From: the human T2T-CHM13v2.0 reference genome, Homo sapiens
Assembly: GCF_009914755.1 (NCBI RefSeq)
Contig: NC_060926.1
Length of the DNA stretch: 64,000 nt
Direction: 5' to 3' (one strand)
A model generated the notes under the pieces. The model was not told the DNA's origin, searched no databases, and was given only the letters and a program-made list of their open reading frames with translations. How positions within the stretch are numbered: position 1 is the stretch's first letter; each line of letters starts with the position of its first letter. The position numbers and the translations under genes were made by a program. This document shows positions 35,971 through 50,393 of this stretch, piece after piece.

Positions 35971-37029
35971 ATTCCACTTCATATAATTTTGATGCAGATA
36001 AAATAAGCATTCACCTCCTTAAAGAGAAAGCAGTAAGAGACATTATTTAGTCAGGGAAGTTATAAAGTGTTCCTTCTGTGGCTAATAATCATTGGAAACA
36101 GTGGAGGAAAGAAGAAGAGAGAATGTGAATGTAATAAAAGAAAATTAAAGCGAGTAAAAGAAAAAAATACAGGCAAGTCTGGTAAAAGAATTAAAAGTCA
36201 TCTAAAAATATTTAGTCCTAGATACCCAAGAAACAACTAAGTTATTGTATTACAGTATAGAACATAATTGGTTTTAGCCAATATAAAAATATTTCAAATA
36301 ATTTTGAAAGATTTAAATGACTCAGCAATCAAAATGTTTAAAGCGTACAAACATAAAGTACCTTTGAAGTACTTAAGTAAAACGTGCATGTTTTATGAGA
36401 AGCAGCCCCTTCAATAGCGTGCAATGTGTATGTGTCTCAAACATATTTTCCTGATAAGAGATTTTTGTCATGAGGAATTTTTCGATGGGACTGTCATGCT
36501 GGTTTTAGTTTAAATAAAAATCAAAGGAGAGTGAAAGAATGTTAGGAAATTTCCTCTGCAATAAAATTGTTTGTTATCTTTTAACTAAGAATTAAGCAAA
36601 CCAGAAAAACAAAGCATTTCTCCGATAAATACAAACTAATTAAGGGTAACCTATCAAGTAAAAGTTAGAGCTGCCTAACATAATTAATTTTTAAACTTTT
36701 CACTTTGAAATAAGTATGGATTCATCCTGCATACTCTTCACCTAATTTTCTCCAATGATTACATTTTATATAACTATAGTACAGTATCAAAGCCAGGGAC
36801 TTAACATTTGTACACTGCATGTGTGTATGCTTGTAAGTCCTTACAGCAATTACTTAAAGTTCAGTGATATTAATATTAATATTTCATATTCTTAAGATTT
36901 ACTAAAGATAGCTCCAAATCTGTTTAAATAGTGATTAATATTCACTAAGTATAGGCAATACATTTTTAACAAAATTGCCACATTTTATTGTTTACTTAAT
37001 TTTAAATATCTATACCTTAAATGTATATA

Positions 37030-37108
37030 CACTAAATATATTTAGATGTTAGAGATGCAGCTGTGACAAGAGACAATAATCCTTGCTTACTAATATTATC
37101 GTGTGTAT

Positions 37109-37140
<32 letters not shown>

Positions 37141-38230
37141 ATGAAAATAAAAATAAAGTATACAAAATGGGTCAGATACTATTAAATCCTATGGGGGGAA
37201 AAATACAGTGAGGAAGGAGGAAGTGAAATGGTTAAGTAATGGTGCAATGTTATATAAGTGAGCAAGGAAGGATTAGCAGATAACTGTGTAAAGACCTGAA
37301 AGAACTGAGAGAACTAACTGTGGTTTTTGTTGTTTGTTTGTTTGTTTGTTTGTTTGTTTGTTTTTAAGTACTCCAGGCAGATTTATAAAGGAAGCTGCTG
37401 GAAGGAATTCATTCCCTTTTTGCTGTTCTGCCTTCCACCTTCCACTGTGTGAGGACACTGCAAGAAAGCCCTCATCAGACACCAACTGCCAGCACCTAGA
37501 TCTTGGAATTCTCAGCCTCCAGAACTGTGAGAAACACGTTTCTGTTTTTCTATAAAATAATAATAATAAAAAACTTCCATGCAGGAAAAAAAATCAAGTT
37601 CAAAGGTCCTGTGGTGAGGGCATACCAGCTTTGTTTGAGAAGCAGTAATCATGCCTGTGTGACTGTAATGAAAGAATAAAAGAGAAATGAGCACAGAAGA
37701 ATATAATGTAGTCCTTTTCATTTTAAGCAAGAAATTTGGCTTCAATTCTAAATGTGATAAGAAAAAAACAGAAGGTTCCAAACTGAGAAGTGACATAATA
37801 TGAAATGTTTTAACAGAATCACCTTGTTACCATATTGCAAATAAAATGAAAGTGCATCAAGGGCAGAAGTAGGAAGGCAAGTTATGAGGTCATTTTGATA
37901 ATCCAGAGGAGCTGGGATGATGACTTACAGCAGTATAGTAGCAAGGGTTGGGTGAGAACGTGGAATCCTGGGTATATATTAAAGTTTCAGCAAAAAGGAT
38001 TTATAGATGAAACAGATATGGGTTATGAGAAAGAGTCAAGTTAAAGATTATATCAAAATTTTTTATCTGAACAACTGGTAGTATTGTGGTGAATCCTTAC
38101 CCCATCAATTTACGTGACCGATAACTGAGTGGGAACATTAAGGAAGGGATGGTTTGAGTGAGAATCAGGATCTCAGTTTGGAAATATTAAGTTGAATATG
38201 CCTATTTAATAATCAATTGAAAAATAGTAT
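37030..38230. mobile_element. L2 relic containing (TG)n, (TTTG)n and a MaLR LTR fragment (~37380-37560)
   Basis: L2-like motifs; GTGAGGACACTGCAAGAAAGCCCTCATCAGACACC...CAGCCTCCAGAACTGTGAGAAA is MaLR. Confidence 0.6.
37101..37140. repeat. (TG)n microsatellite
   Basis: Directly visible. Confidence 0.95.
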
Positions 38231-40212
38231 TTTTGTAATTTTCAGTATTTATTTGGCAAGAGATTAAATAATCTATAGCATTGTTACTACTTTCTCTTTT
38301 TCATAAAAGTTATTTTGGTATAAAATCAACCTGACTGGGAACTATCCAAATATATAAGCCTTTAGCTCTGACCTATTACTTATATTTTTTTGCCATTAAT
38401 AATATGAACATCCACTAAACAAGAACTTGAGACTATAACTCTTCTCTATTAAATCTTCATATTAAATTAGCCATTTAAATAGGATTATTATTTTCATTTA
38501 TTGCTGAATACTTTCCATTACATTCAAACTTATTGAGACATCCTTAAATTTTGTAATTTATTTAACGGATTAATTCCTTAGCTTCTAAACTGGTTTTCTG
38601 TACGGCAACCCTATTTTCTTCTTAATAACTCATCATCTACATCCCCCAATGTCTTATTTTTCCAAAACAAAAGTGCACTAATGCCCTTCTAGGGCAAAAA
38701 TTTCTTTAATGGCTTTCTATTGTTATAGATAAAGTTCAAACTTATTATGACGGCCTATAATTTTGGGGAAAAAACTCACCTAAAAACAGTTTTTAAAAGA
38801 TTAGAATTCAAATGCTTGAAATTTCAGTTATTTTATGAGCTTTCTATTCAAACATTTCAGGGAGCTAAGACATTACATACTACACTACTACTACTACTAC
38901 AAATAATAATAATAACAACAATTATAGTTACTCATCTCAGTTTTGGCAGAGGATACCATTTATATAAAGAATGTAATTTGATTGTAGCTATTAAAATAGT
39001 TACTAGACAAGAACTAGGATGATGGTAACATTGACTTTTTATCTGAATCCTGGCTATATGTTTTCTGTTTGAAAAAAAAGTCATTAAGTATAAAATTATA
39101 ATTTTTATAATTTTGGAATACATATTATAATAACACATTTTTTTTAAACTGAGAATTTAAGATTTAAAAAGTACAGTAGGGGAAAGAAAAGGAAAATATA
39201 TTTTCTATGTGCTTGTTTTAATAAATAATGCCACCGAGGATGTAAGTTTTCAATGTCTAATTATTAAATCAGCATTACTTTCATTATTTTAACAACCTTC
39301 ATGGGGTTCTTATATTGAGACTCAAATTAAATATGTAATATTAATCCTAATATAGCTATTTTTTCCTAACAAGAGCATAAAACTTCCAAAATTTCATTCT
39401 GCATATTTATAACTGAATTTATGACTGACATATTTCTTTTTCAAATCATGTCCATCATTATATGAACGGGTACTGAATTTATCCATATTTACTTACATCT
39501 TTCTTCAGCCCCTCTGTCAACCCACTTATCTTTTTGATAGCTCAGTGAGCTGGCACTAGTTTTGTACCTCAGGATGTTTACTCTGGCTAATTTTGCCACT
39601 GATCTTCTAATGTCTGGTGCTTGGCAATAAAGTCCCAGTTGGAGTTTTCAACCAACAGCAGTTTGCATTCAGTTACTTAATCTCTGTTTTGCAATCTTAG
39701 TACCTTCCTTTCTGATTGAATGAAGACAGTTGCTCCTAGGGATACCTGAACCTGAAATGAACTGAAAATATTTTATAGCTTTTCAATTTGCCAGGCAGTA
39801 GAAGAAAAATTCATACCAATCCCATTGCTACAAACAGCTGTTACTATAAGGTGATATTGCTATGGAATCCTAAAATAGAACAAGGCAAATACCATCCCTG
39901 TGAGGGTTCTACTATATTTTGTGGATCTCCAGCTGGAAACTTAATTGTAATATAAACTGAGCATACAGAAACAGCTTTCCTGCTTCTATTCAGCATACTT
40001 TCACTGAATTGGATAATTTAATCAATAAGTTACAACACTCTTTAGTGTGAAGCTGCATAAAATTCTAGAAGGAGAGAAAATTTGATCTTTGATTTCTATT
40101 ATCTTTATCTTCCTGCATTATATTCTTCCATGACTTTAGCTAATACCTCTCCCCATCACAATAAAGTCTTTAAACACTTAGAATCTATTTTCTGTTTCTT
40201 GTGTCCATATCC

Positions 40213-40742
40213 TATAACCAAAGACCACCAGGAACACCCCTGAGTTTATTCTTGTTTACAGCAATAAATACTTCACACAATGGGGAAATGTGAAGTTATC
40301 TCAGTAAGAGAGTATTAAAAGAACCTATTGTATCATTTGGGATTTGGTTATTTGGGGAAGAAATTAAGGAAGCAAGACTGCCCTGGATTGTCTGTTACCA
40401 GGAAGTGGGAGCAATTTTATGATTAGGTATGTCACCAAATCTTATCTATATGGATGACATACTAGAGTGAGGCTAATGTAATTGAGGATAAGGTAACTGC
40501 TAAAGAAACAACAGTCACTTGTATCTGGTATGTTGTGATTTGGACAACGTTCCTGTTTTGTTTATGCTCAGATAAAATTAAGGATTGTTGTTGTTTTTGT
40601 CATTGTCCATCATGATCATTGAATGGTCGTATTTTATTTTAGGGTTCTGTGAAATAGTTTATGTTCAACAGGAGACTTAAAGACTTAGCTGAGAGTCCCA
40701 GTCCAGGTCCTGAATGTCAGGGCCTCCATTTTTACTTTCTCA
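40213..40742 (-). mobile_element. Old ERV1-class solo LTR (MER89/MER90-like)
   Basis: GAGTTTATTCTTG, TCTCAGTAAGAGAG and ending TTTCTCA resemble recalled consensus; family uncertain. Confidence 0.45.
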
Positions 40743-41341
40743 CTTGTATCTACTAACAAATATTAATAAAATGTTGCACAGTAAAGTATAAATGTAAAAA
40801 GGAAATAGTATGAAATTAAGATAATTCCTCATAGGGATATTGCTTGATTATTTATTATGGAAAGACCTGCAAGACAACAGCATCAGTCTTTAATAGTAGA
40901 ATCATTTTTTCACATCAAATTCTGGGGAGGATGGTATTAATCAAGGCAATCGGCAATGTCAGGTAGAGGTTTTAATATACCTCTAAAAATTTGGCAAATA
41001 TAAGGTCAGTCTTTTTTGCCCTCTTTCTATTTGCACTTGTAATCTTCTATGTGTTTTGTTTCTAAGTTAGAGCATTTCTAAATTAAAGAAACTGAAGACA
41101 CATTTAAAATATTCTAAGATCAAAATATAATTTTCGATGCCATTACTACGCTATATTAAAAATTATCTTTATTTTATGCTGAATATATAATACTTCTATA
41201 CAAGAAGCCTCTTTACCTTACTTGATTGAGACAATTATTTGATTAGTCAATTGAAAAATTAGGTTAAATCGGGAAACCATAAAGCAGCAAAAAATGTAGC
41301 CATATATTAAAAGTTGTTTTTTAATTTAAAACATATACAGA

Positions 41342-41990
41342 AGTAAACTAGTTCAACCATTGTGGAAGTCAGTGTGGCGATTCCTCAAGGATCTAGAACT
41401 AGAAATACCATTTGACCCAGCCATCCCATTACTGGGTATATACCCGAAGGATTATAAATCATGCTGCTATAAAGACACAAGCACACATATGTTTATTGCG
41501 GCACTATTCACAATAGCAAAGACTTGGAACCAACCCAGATGTCCAACAATGATAGACTGGATTAAGAAAATGTGGCACATATACACCATGGAATACTGTG
41601 CAGCCACAAAAAATGATGAGTTCATGTCCTTTGTAGGGACATGGATGAAGCTGGAAACCATCATTCTCAGCACACTATCGCAAGGACAAAAAACCAAACA
41701 CCGCATGTTCTCACTCATAGGTGGGAATTGAACAATGAGAACACATGGACACAGGAAGGGGAACATCACACACCGGGGACTGTTGTGGGGTGGGGGGCGG
41801 GGGGAGAGATAGCATTAGGAGCTATACCTAATGCTAAATGACGAGTTAATGGGTGCAGCACACCAACATGGCACATGTATACATATGTAACAAACCTGCA
41901 CGTTGTGCACATGTACCCTAAAACTTAAAGTATAATAATAATTTAAAAAAAAGTACATGAATGCATGAAAAGAAAAAAAAAAGTAAAAAC
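41342..41990 (+). mobile_element. 5'-truncated L1PA4/5-like element
   Basis: ORF2 end (41360-41731), 3'UTR and A-rich tail; TSD AAAACATATACAGA (41328-41341) / AAAACGTATACAGA (41991-42004). Confidence 0.95.
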
Positions 41991-42560
41991 AAAACGTATA
42001 CAGACACTGTATGATGTAAAGACAACGTCTTTACTTTGAGACTTTATTGGCTGATTTGTATTCCACCTTTTTCACATAAAACTCATCTTAAGTCTTTAAT
42101 TACAATATCTAACCTTGTTTCCATTAGGTGAAGTGAGAAGTCCAGAAGGTGTAGAGTAGAAGACAGAGATGGCTACCAGCCACGGTAGTCCAGCCGGTAC
42201 ATTTTCAAAATGAAATGGAAAACTTTAGATTGCTTATGTAATTACATATTAACAGAGCTTCTGTATATTCAATATATGAAGACACAGTCTATTTAGTTAG
42301 GCTGTTATATATTATCTATAAGGATTATAATTATTTTTAAGTATTTTAAAAATCTTATGCCATAAATCTTAATGTGTATTCATTATATATGATATTTTAT
42401 TCATTTACTTCCTCTTCTTGTTTAGGATACTACTTTAAAGTAGTTTGGGAAATTATGAATAAAGACAAATTCTTAACAGTAGATCTATTTAATTTGCTAA
42501 ATTGTGCTTATAATTAGTTTAAAAAATATATATATATACACCCACAGAAGTAAAATACTA

Positions 42561-42883
42561 TACTTATGCACCATAGAAGGGCTTTTCAGTCAGTGATGGA
42601 CTGCATATACGACAATGGTCCCATAAGATTATTACACTGTATTTTTACTGCACCTTTTCTATGGTTAGATATGTTTATATACATCAATACTTACCATTGT
42701 GTTACAGCTGCCTACAGGCTTGTAGCCTAGGAACAATAGACTATATCTTAAAGCTTAGGTGTATTGTAGGCTGTACCATCTAGGTTTGTGTAAGTACACT
42801 CCATAATGTTTGCACAACAACAAAATTGCCTAACAAAGCATTTCTCAGATTGCATATACCTATTGTTAAGCGACACAAGACTA
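42561..42883 (+). mobile_element. Tigger3a (MER7/Golem) MITE
   Basis: GATGGACTGCATATACGACAATGGTCCCATAAGATTAT...GTTAAGCGACACAAGACT; TA flanks. Confidence 0.88.
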
Positions 42884-45431
42884 TATATTCACAGCTTTTC
42901 CTAAATACTAACGATATGACAATGATCTTCCTTGTCAGCTATGCTGTCAGTCAAAACAGATGTGATTGTTCTCTACTGGCATTTGACAGAAACAACTGAG
43001 ATTAGAAGATAGAGAGATGGGTTCCGGACTCCAAGTGAATCTGTGCAGCTTTCAATTCCAACCAATCAGTGACACCTGCATGTTGTAATCATTCTCCTTG
43101 GTTACAAGTGCTGGCAGAAACTAGAGACCTGTTTTTCAAGCTAGAGCAAAAAGAGCCAAATATAAATGTGAAAATTCTCTTTATAGAAAAAAAATCTTCC
43201 TTTAAGGAAAAAATAAAGAGGAAAGGATAGAGCTGTGTTTTGTTCATATTTTTAATTATTTTGCAGGAAGGTCTATTACTGTTAAACACACCAATGAAGG
43301 ATAAACGTGGTAGGTGTGTTATCTTCCCTGGTCGGTAATAAGAATTCAAACTGCAGCCCCGTATGCAGCATGAGGTTTAAACTGCTGTATCGGTGCCTAC
43401 CATACCAGTCTCCTTTTTAGTTACTTGTTAGAGCTGTGTGAACCTTTCATCTTATGAAACTTGCCAACTTTAGGAATATTTTATGAGTTACTAGCTTTGC
43501 AAGTTTGCAGAATACATTCAAACATCACTTTTACAGGCAGCAGGACTACAAATGTTTCTCTATAGATCAAAAAAAAAGATATAAAAAGGAAACTATGAGA
43601 AGAAAACTAGCAGCATTTCCTCATTGTTTCTTAGTAAACCCCCTGGTTTTCTGTAACTTGAAATGAAGTCTGGCACTGAGTTTGGGGTGAGTAGAGGATC
43701 CTCCTGAGTTTATCATTCTCAATCAAGCTTTTCTCAAGAATAGCAAAGACAATATAAAAAATAAGCATCCTCAATTTTTTTTTCAGGTATTAAACAGCCA
43801 CCCTTGGGTGAAAATAATATATTAACTAAAAATTTAGTATTTTTATTTCTCCTTTTCCACCTAATTACCCCTATTTAATATTCTAATAAGTTATTAATAA
43901 GTAATATTCATTCAATGTAGTAAATGATGTAATATGCCAAAGTGTTATATTTATAAAGTTTCAGGGAGCATGATTAAAGTATACTTTTCTTTTCCAAATG
44001 TCCACAGTAGTAAAAATGCCTGGCGAACCCCAGAAGGCAATGAGGACAGCCAAAAGTTAGATGTGATTAATAAGAAAAGGGTGGTATTAGATCATGAATT
44101 GAAGTCTTCTGAAAATTTGACCTGTAGAACTAGCTCAGTGAAAAAAACTAAAAACGATTTTGAAAGCACACCTAAACAAGGAAAAGAAAATATCTATAGA
44201 ACATGAAGGACACTTCAGGGTCTCCGTATAGTTGATATTTTTACTTCTACTTTATATGTGTTCTTCCTTCACATACTATTCAAGGTTGGTTTATGAGGTC
44301 TCAATAGAAATTTGCCCCTGAATTCTTCCAGAGGAAGGCATGACCCCAGCCAAACAGCACATTAAAAGGTGCATGTCTAGAGCCTATTTGGAATAAATCT
44401 CAGAAATTGTGGAGATATAAATAAAAGATCTTTTTCAGCTAAGCACCAAGCACTGACCATGAAAGATCATGGTAAATCTGACTGCACCAGAGTAGTAAAT
44501 CAAGTTGCCAGCAGAAACAACACCGTCCAAAACTTCCCAACCCCACATGCCAGAAAAAGTTAACTCTTTTAATTGGTCTTTGCTGGAGCACCCTTGATTT
44601 TATCAGCATGTTGTTCCTAAAATTGAAGTGTTGTTGATTGCTTTTCCTAGAAGATAGAAGGAGAAACCCATTTTTGTTGCTCATCTTTCAGATGTAACAA
44701 CTGGTTAAACCAAGAAAATATTCACTGCACTGTATCTCATGTACTACTAAATGAGACCTTGACTTAAACTAGAAATGCAAATATGCATAAATATAAAGGA
44801 GTATTTCTAGTTTAAGTCAAACTACTTAACTTATATTAACATAACCATTAATAATATTATGTATTAAAAAATGATAAATCTGGGAAAAGCTCAGCCAAAC
44901 AGAATGCCAGAACAATAAATATAAACCCTGACTGTCCTGGGAAACCCAAGACATGCAAATGATCTATGAAGAATTATAACACTGATAGTTTATTGGTGGG
45001 GATGAGTAATGTACATATAACAATCTGTGACCTTTGGCTAATATGTAACAAAAACATGACTTTATTATTTTATCAGTAAACATCCTTCTACAGACTCTCA
45101 AGCAACAAGCACTATGATACATTTTAAGAATATGAAAACAATCTGGATAAAATTCCTTATCCTAAAATTACCTTTATGATGGAAGAAGACATGTTTGCAG
45201 ATGGTTACAACACAAATATTACAAATAAGGTATAAACAAAATATAACAGGAGCTCGGGATATTGAGTACTTTGCTCTGGTTGTGGATGTAGGAGTGGAGG
45301 AAATCAGAAAAGTTTAAAAAAATAAAACTTAAGCTGCAAACCAATTAAATAAGAGATACTTGACAAGTAGCTAAAAAAAAGGAGGAGCTTATTAGAGAGT
45401 AAGAGAATAAAAAACATGGAAGCATAAGGCC

Positions 45432-47809
45432 TGTCTTAACTGTTTTGTGCTGCTATAACAGAATACCTGAGACTAGGTAATTTATAAAGAACAGATACTC
45501 ATTTTCTCATAGTTCTGGAGGCTGGACAGTTTAACATCAAATGCTGGCATCAAGCGAGAGGGCATTCCTGCTAAGTTATCTTACAGTAGAGGATGAGAGA
45601 GGACAAAAGAGAGCAAGGGCTGAATTCACTCCTTTATAAAGTGAACCCACTCCTGTCATAACAACATTAATTCATTATGAGGATGGAGCTCTCATGCTTA
45701 ATCACCTCTTAAAAGTCCCATCTCTTAACACTGTTACAATGGGAATTAAATTTTGACATAAAGTTTGGAGGTGACATGCAGACTGTATTATTTTGTCCTG
45801 CTTCTCCAAAACTCATGTCCTTCTAAAATACAATATATTTTAATTCCATCACAATAGCCTCCGAAGTCTTATTTCATTCTAGCATCAACTCAAACGTTCA
45901 AAGTCCAGAGTATCATCTAAATTAGATACGGATGAAGTCAAAGCACAGTACATCCTGAGGCAACTCTCCCTTCAGCTATGGGTCTGTAAAATTAAACAAG
46001 CTAATAACTTCAAAGACACAGGATAGATATTCTCATTCCAACAAGAGCAACAGGCAAAAAAAAAAAAAAAAGCAACAGATCATGAGAAAAAAACAGCAAC
46101 TATTAAAATTCCTGAATAATCTTCCTAGACTTAATGTTCCACCTTCCAGGTGCTGGGGCAGGGGTGGGGGTTCCCAAGTCTTCAAGAAGCCCCATTCTCT
46201 GGCTTGGTTGGGCCCCCAAGCCTTCAGGCGGCCCCATCCCTTTGCAGAGCCTAGCTGTCCTGGGTAGGAGTTCTCCGAAGCTGGAATTGCACACTGGTAG
46301 CTCCACAGTTGTGAGAACTCGGAGGCAGGCCTGCTTCCATAGCTCCACTAGGCATTACCCTAGTATAGTCTCTGTAGCACCTCCACCCCTCCAGTAAGTC
46401 TCTGCTGGGCCCCAATGCTGTCCACAACATCCTTTAAATCTAGGTAGAGAAAGCCATGCCTCCATAGCTCTTGCATTCTGTAAGTCTGCAGAATTATCAC
46501 CATGTGGATGTCTCTAAGATTTATAAATTATACTTGCTAGAGTGGCAGCCTGAGCAGCACCTGGGCTGGTTCAAGCCAAGGTTGGAGCGGCAGAGGAGTA
46601 CTGTGCCAGAAGGCAGGGAGCAGAGAAGTGGTGTAGCAGTGAAGGCTGAGATTCCACAAGCACCTGTCAGAAACCTTACCCTAAAGGCCTTAGCTTACCC
46701 TGAAGATCTCTGAAATGCCTTTCAGGTCATTCTCCATTGCCTTGATGAATTCAATATGTCTTCATATTATTCATACTATACTCTAGCAACTGGTCACTTG
46801 GCTACACCCTTAGTCTTTTCTCCCAAACATACTTTTTCATTCTTTACATGGTCAGGCTAAGAAATTTCTAAATCTTTCCTTTCCGCTTCCCTTTTAATTA
46901 TAAATTTTATCTTTAACATTTCTTTTGCATTTTACTGTAAGTCCTAAAAGAAGTCATGCTGCACCCTGAATATGTTGTTGCTTAGATTTTTCTTTTGCCA
47001 GACATAGTAGTTCATGGCTTTTAAATTCTGTCTTTCATAAAACCCTAAGACATGAACACAATTTAGCCAAATTCTTTGCCACTTCATAAAAAAAAATGGA
47101 TTTTACTCCAGTTTCCAATAGGCTATTTCTCTTTTCCATCTGAGACCTCATCAGAATGACCCTTCCTGTCCATATATCTACCAACATTCTAATCATGACC
47201 ACTTAAGTAATATCTAAGAAGTTTGAGACTTTCTCTACAGCTTTCTTCTTCTGAGCCATCACCAGAATCTCCTCATCATTTTGTTTCTGGCAATCTAGTC
47301 TTTTGCTGGCCTGCTACTCCAAATTCTTCCAACCTTTACCTATCATTCAATTCCAAAGTTGCTTTCACATTTTCAGGTATTTGTTACAGCAGCAGCCTTA
47401 CTTCTCAGTACAAATTTCCTGTCTCAGTCAGTTTTGTGTTGCTATAACAGAATACCTGAGACTGGGACATTTTTAATGAACAGAAATGTATTGGCTAATG
47501 GTTCCAGGGGATGAGAAATCCAAGATCAAGTGGCTGGTATCTGCTGAGGGCCTTCTTGTTGCATCATTTGTGGCAGAAGGTGAAAGGGTGAGAGAGAGAG
47601 AGATAGAAAGAGTGAGGACCAAACTGGCCCTTTTAAAACTAATTCACTACCACAAAAAGAAACCCACCCCCATAATAATGGCATTCATCTGTTTATGACA
47701 GTGGAGCGCTTATGGCCTAACAACCTCTTAATGGTCCCAACTCTTAATTTTGTTAAAAGTGCAACAAAATTTCAACATAATATTTGGAGGGGACATTCAG
47801 ACCATAGCA
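45432..47809 (-). mobile_element. Full-length MST (MSTC/D-like) MaLR: LTR 45432-~45790, internal ~45791-47419, LTR 47420-47809
   Basis: Two homologous LTRs (TGT...TTTTGTG[C/T]TGCTATAACAGAATACCTGAGACT); perfect 5-bp TSD AGGCC (45427-45431 / 47810-47814). Confidence 0.92.
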
Positions 47810-47829
47810 AGGCCTAAGAACATGGTGTA

Positions 47830-48120
47830 CAGCTGGTCCTCAAATTACCGTGTTTCAACTTACAGTTTTTAACTTGACAATGGGTTTATTGGGATGTATC
47901 CCTCATTGTAAGCCCCTGAGCTTCTTATGACTAAAAATGGAGGCACAGTTTCTACTAAATTCATACTGCTTTTGTATAACCCTAAAGCCAGTCAATTATA
48001 AGTCAAACCATTGTAAGTCTAGGACTGTCTGCTGTGTTGCCAGCATTAAATGCATTTTTGACTTACGATATTTTCAACTTATGATGGGATGGAACCGTAT
48101 TGTAAGTTGAGAAGCACTTG
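47830..48120 (-). mobile_element. MER47 (Tigger5-related) MITE
   Basis: TAAATGCATTTTTGACTTACGATATTTTCAACTTATGATGGG...GTAAGTTGAGAAGCACTTG; TA flanks. Confidence 0.8.
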
Positions 48121-49289
48121 TATTTGATACTCCAGAAATTATTTAGTTCCCAGAAACTGTCAGAAAAACTTGTTCATAGATTACATTTTAGAGAGCATTT
48201 TAATGAGGTCATTTGGTTTAACTAAAATAATAATATGGCTTATTTTCAAATACCACTTGACAGTTTAAGAAATAATTTATATATGCCACTTTATACATTA
48301 CTATAATATTCCTATAAAAGTGGCATAAAATGGCTTAATAACTTTAGATTAACTTTCTTATAAAACTATTAGAACCTTTTAAGCATTATTTTCACCAGGG
48401 TGAAATAACTAACATTCATGTTGAGATAATTCAGCAAATACACTTATTAGATCTTTTTCAAAATCTGTTATTTGGTAGTCTTTCAGCAAATGTATTGGTG
48501 CTTTAAGATTTTTGATATATCAGATAATTTTAAAAGGTTAGTTTTTAGTATGTGAATTTAAGATTCATTATTTTCAACATAAAACTTTTTATTTAAATTA
48601 TGCAAGGTGTTATATTTTATTAAAATGAGAAAAATGCTATAATAGGAATAAAATTCTCTAAGGAATTAAAGTGCATTTTATTTCCTTTTTGTACTCTACA
48701 GCAATTTCTAATTTTAGTGTTTATTTTTAAAATATGGAAGCAACCTCACTATGAAAATTTTATAAGTTGAACCCAACGATAAACAACTTGCATTGATTCC
48801 CACCTGTATACTCAGAGAGCCAAGAGAGTACTTTTGTTTAATTAAACAAAATTCAATTTCAAAATAAATTTAGAAGTACTTACCTTCAAAATAATGGAAT
48901 TTTGTACTTCTCTCTAAACCCTTTGCTTGTCAAGTTTTTCTCATTAGTTAGATAAGCATTTACATTATGTCATTAAAACATTTCTTCTTTACTTAATAAA
49001 AATTGCTCAATTCTAAGATGGATATTTTTACCTAAGTACAATATATTCTGTTTTCCTATGATGTCCTACTTTTAAATATCTTAGTTTATCATGCCCTTTG
49101 TTTTGACTCTAATGCCTGGTATTGATGTTGGATATTTTATATATCTGAATCATTAAGTACATAATGAATTATATCACATTTTCCCCACCCTCTCAAATTA
49201 AGTAGAAAGAGAAATATTAACAATATTTATGACCTATATAAATGTGGAATATAATGTGGAAATCTGATAACATCCTACTTATGCGGGTC

Positions 49290-49729
49290 CATTAATTTAC
49301 TTGGCATATATAATGAAGTATCAACAACCGAGTGCTTAAAACAACAGAAAATGATTGTTTCAGGCTGGAAGCTAGAAGTCTGAGATCTAGGTAGCCAGCA
49401 GGGTTGAGGCCGAGTTCTGTGTGACAGAATCTGCTCCACACTTGTTCCCTAGCTTCTAGTGGTTTTCTGGCACTCTTTCCTGTTCCTGGACGTATATGAA
49501 AATATACCATTTTGATTGCTGCCTTTATTTTCACATAGTAGGGTGTGTATGTGTGTCTGTCTCTATGCTGAAATGTACCATTTTTATAAGGATACAATTA
49601 CATTAGATTAGGATCCACTATAATGAACTCATTTTAACTCGATCATCTGCAAACACCTTATTTCCAAATAAGAAAAGCCACATTCACAGGGGGTTTGGGA
49701 CTTTATATTTCTATTATTCAATCTATAAG
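49290..49729 (-). mobile_element. MLT1 (MLT1C-like) solo LTR
   Basis: GCTTAAAACAACAGAAA...GCTAGAAGTCTGAGATC...TATAAGGATAC...CCTTATTTCCAAATAAG. Confidence 0.75.
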
Positions 49730-49764
49730 AGTGGCTAAGTTTTTAAATGTTTTTCTTTAAGTAG

Positions 49765-50110
<346 letters not shown>

Positions 50111-50393
50111 ATCATTCTTGAAGAACTCATGTTCTAAGCCTTTGGAAATATACCTGAGTATTCAGGCCCTGCTCTATCTAATGTACATCAGGAATGAAGG
50201 TGAGGTGTTCAAGGAAGAAAAGATTGAAATGATAATTTATAAAAGAACTTTCAAGAAAAGCAGAAATATTTACAAAAATTGAAATGAAAAATGTAAAAGT
50301 TCTCTAGAGAAAGTGGTAAAAATGGAAACATCATAAGGAATATCCAATTTATAATTGAAGAATTTAAAAAAGTCCAATTATGTCATTGATTTG

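Noticed and set aside
43934-44206. 90-aa ORF in unique DNA, and other short ORFs
   Set aside because: No recognisable domain, splice context or codon bias; expected by chance.
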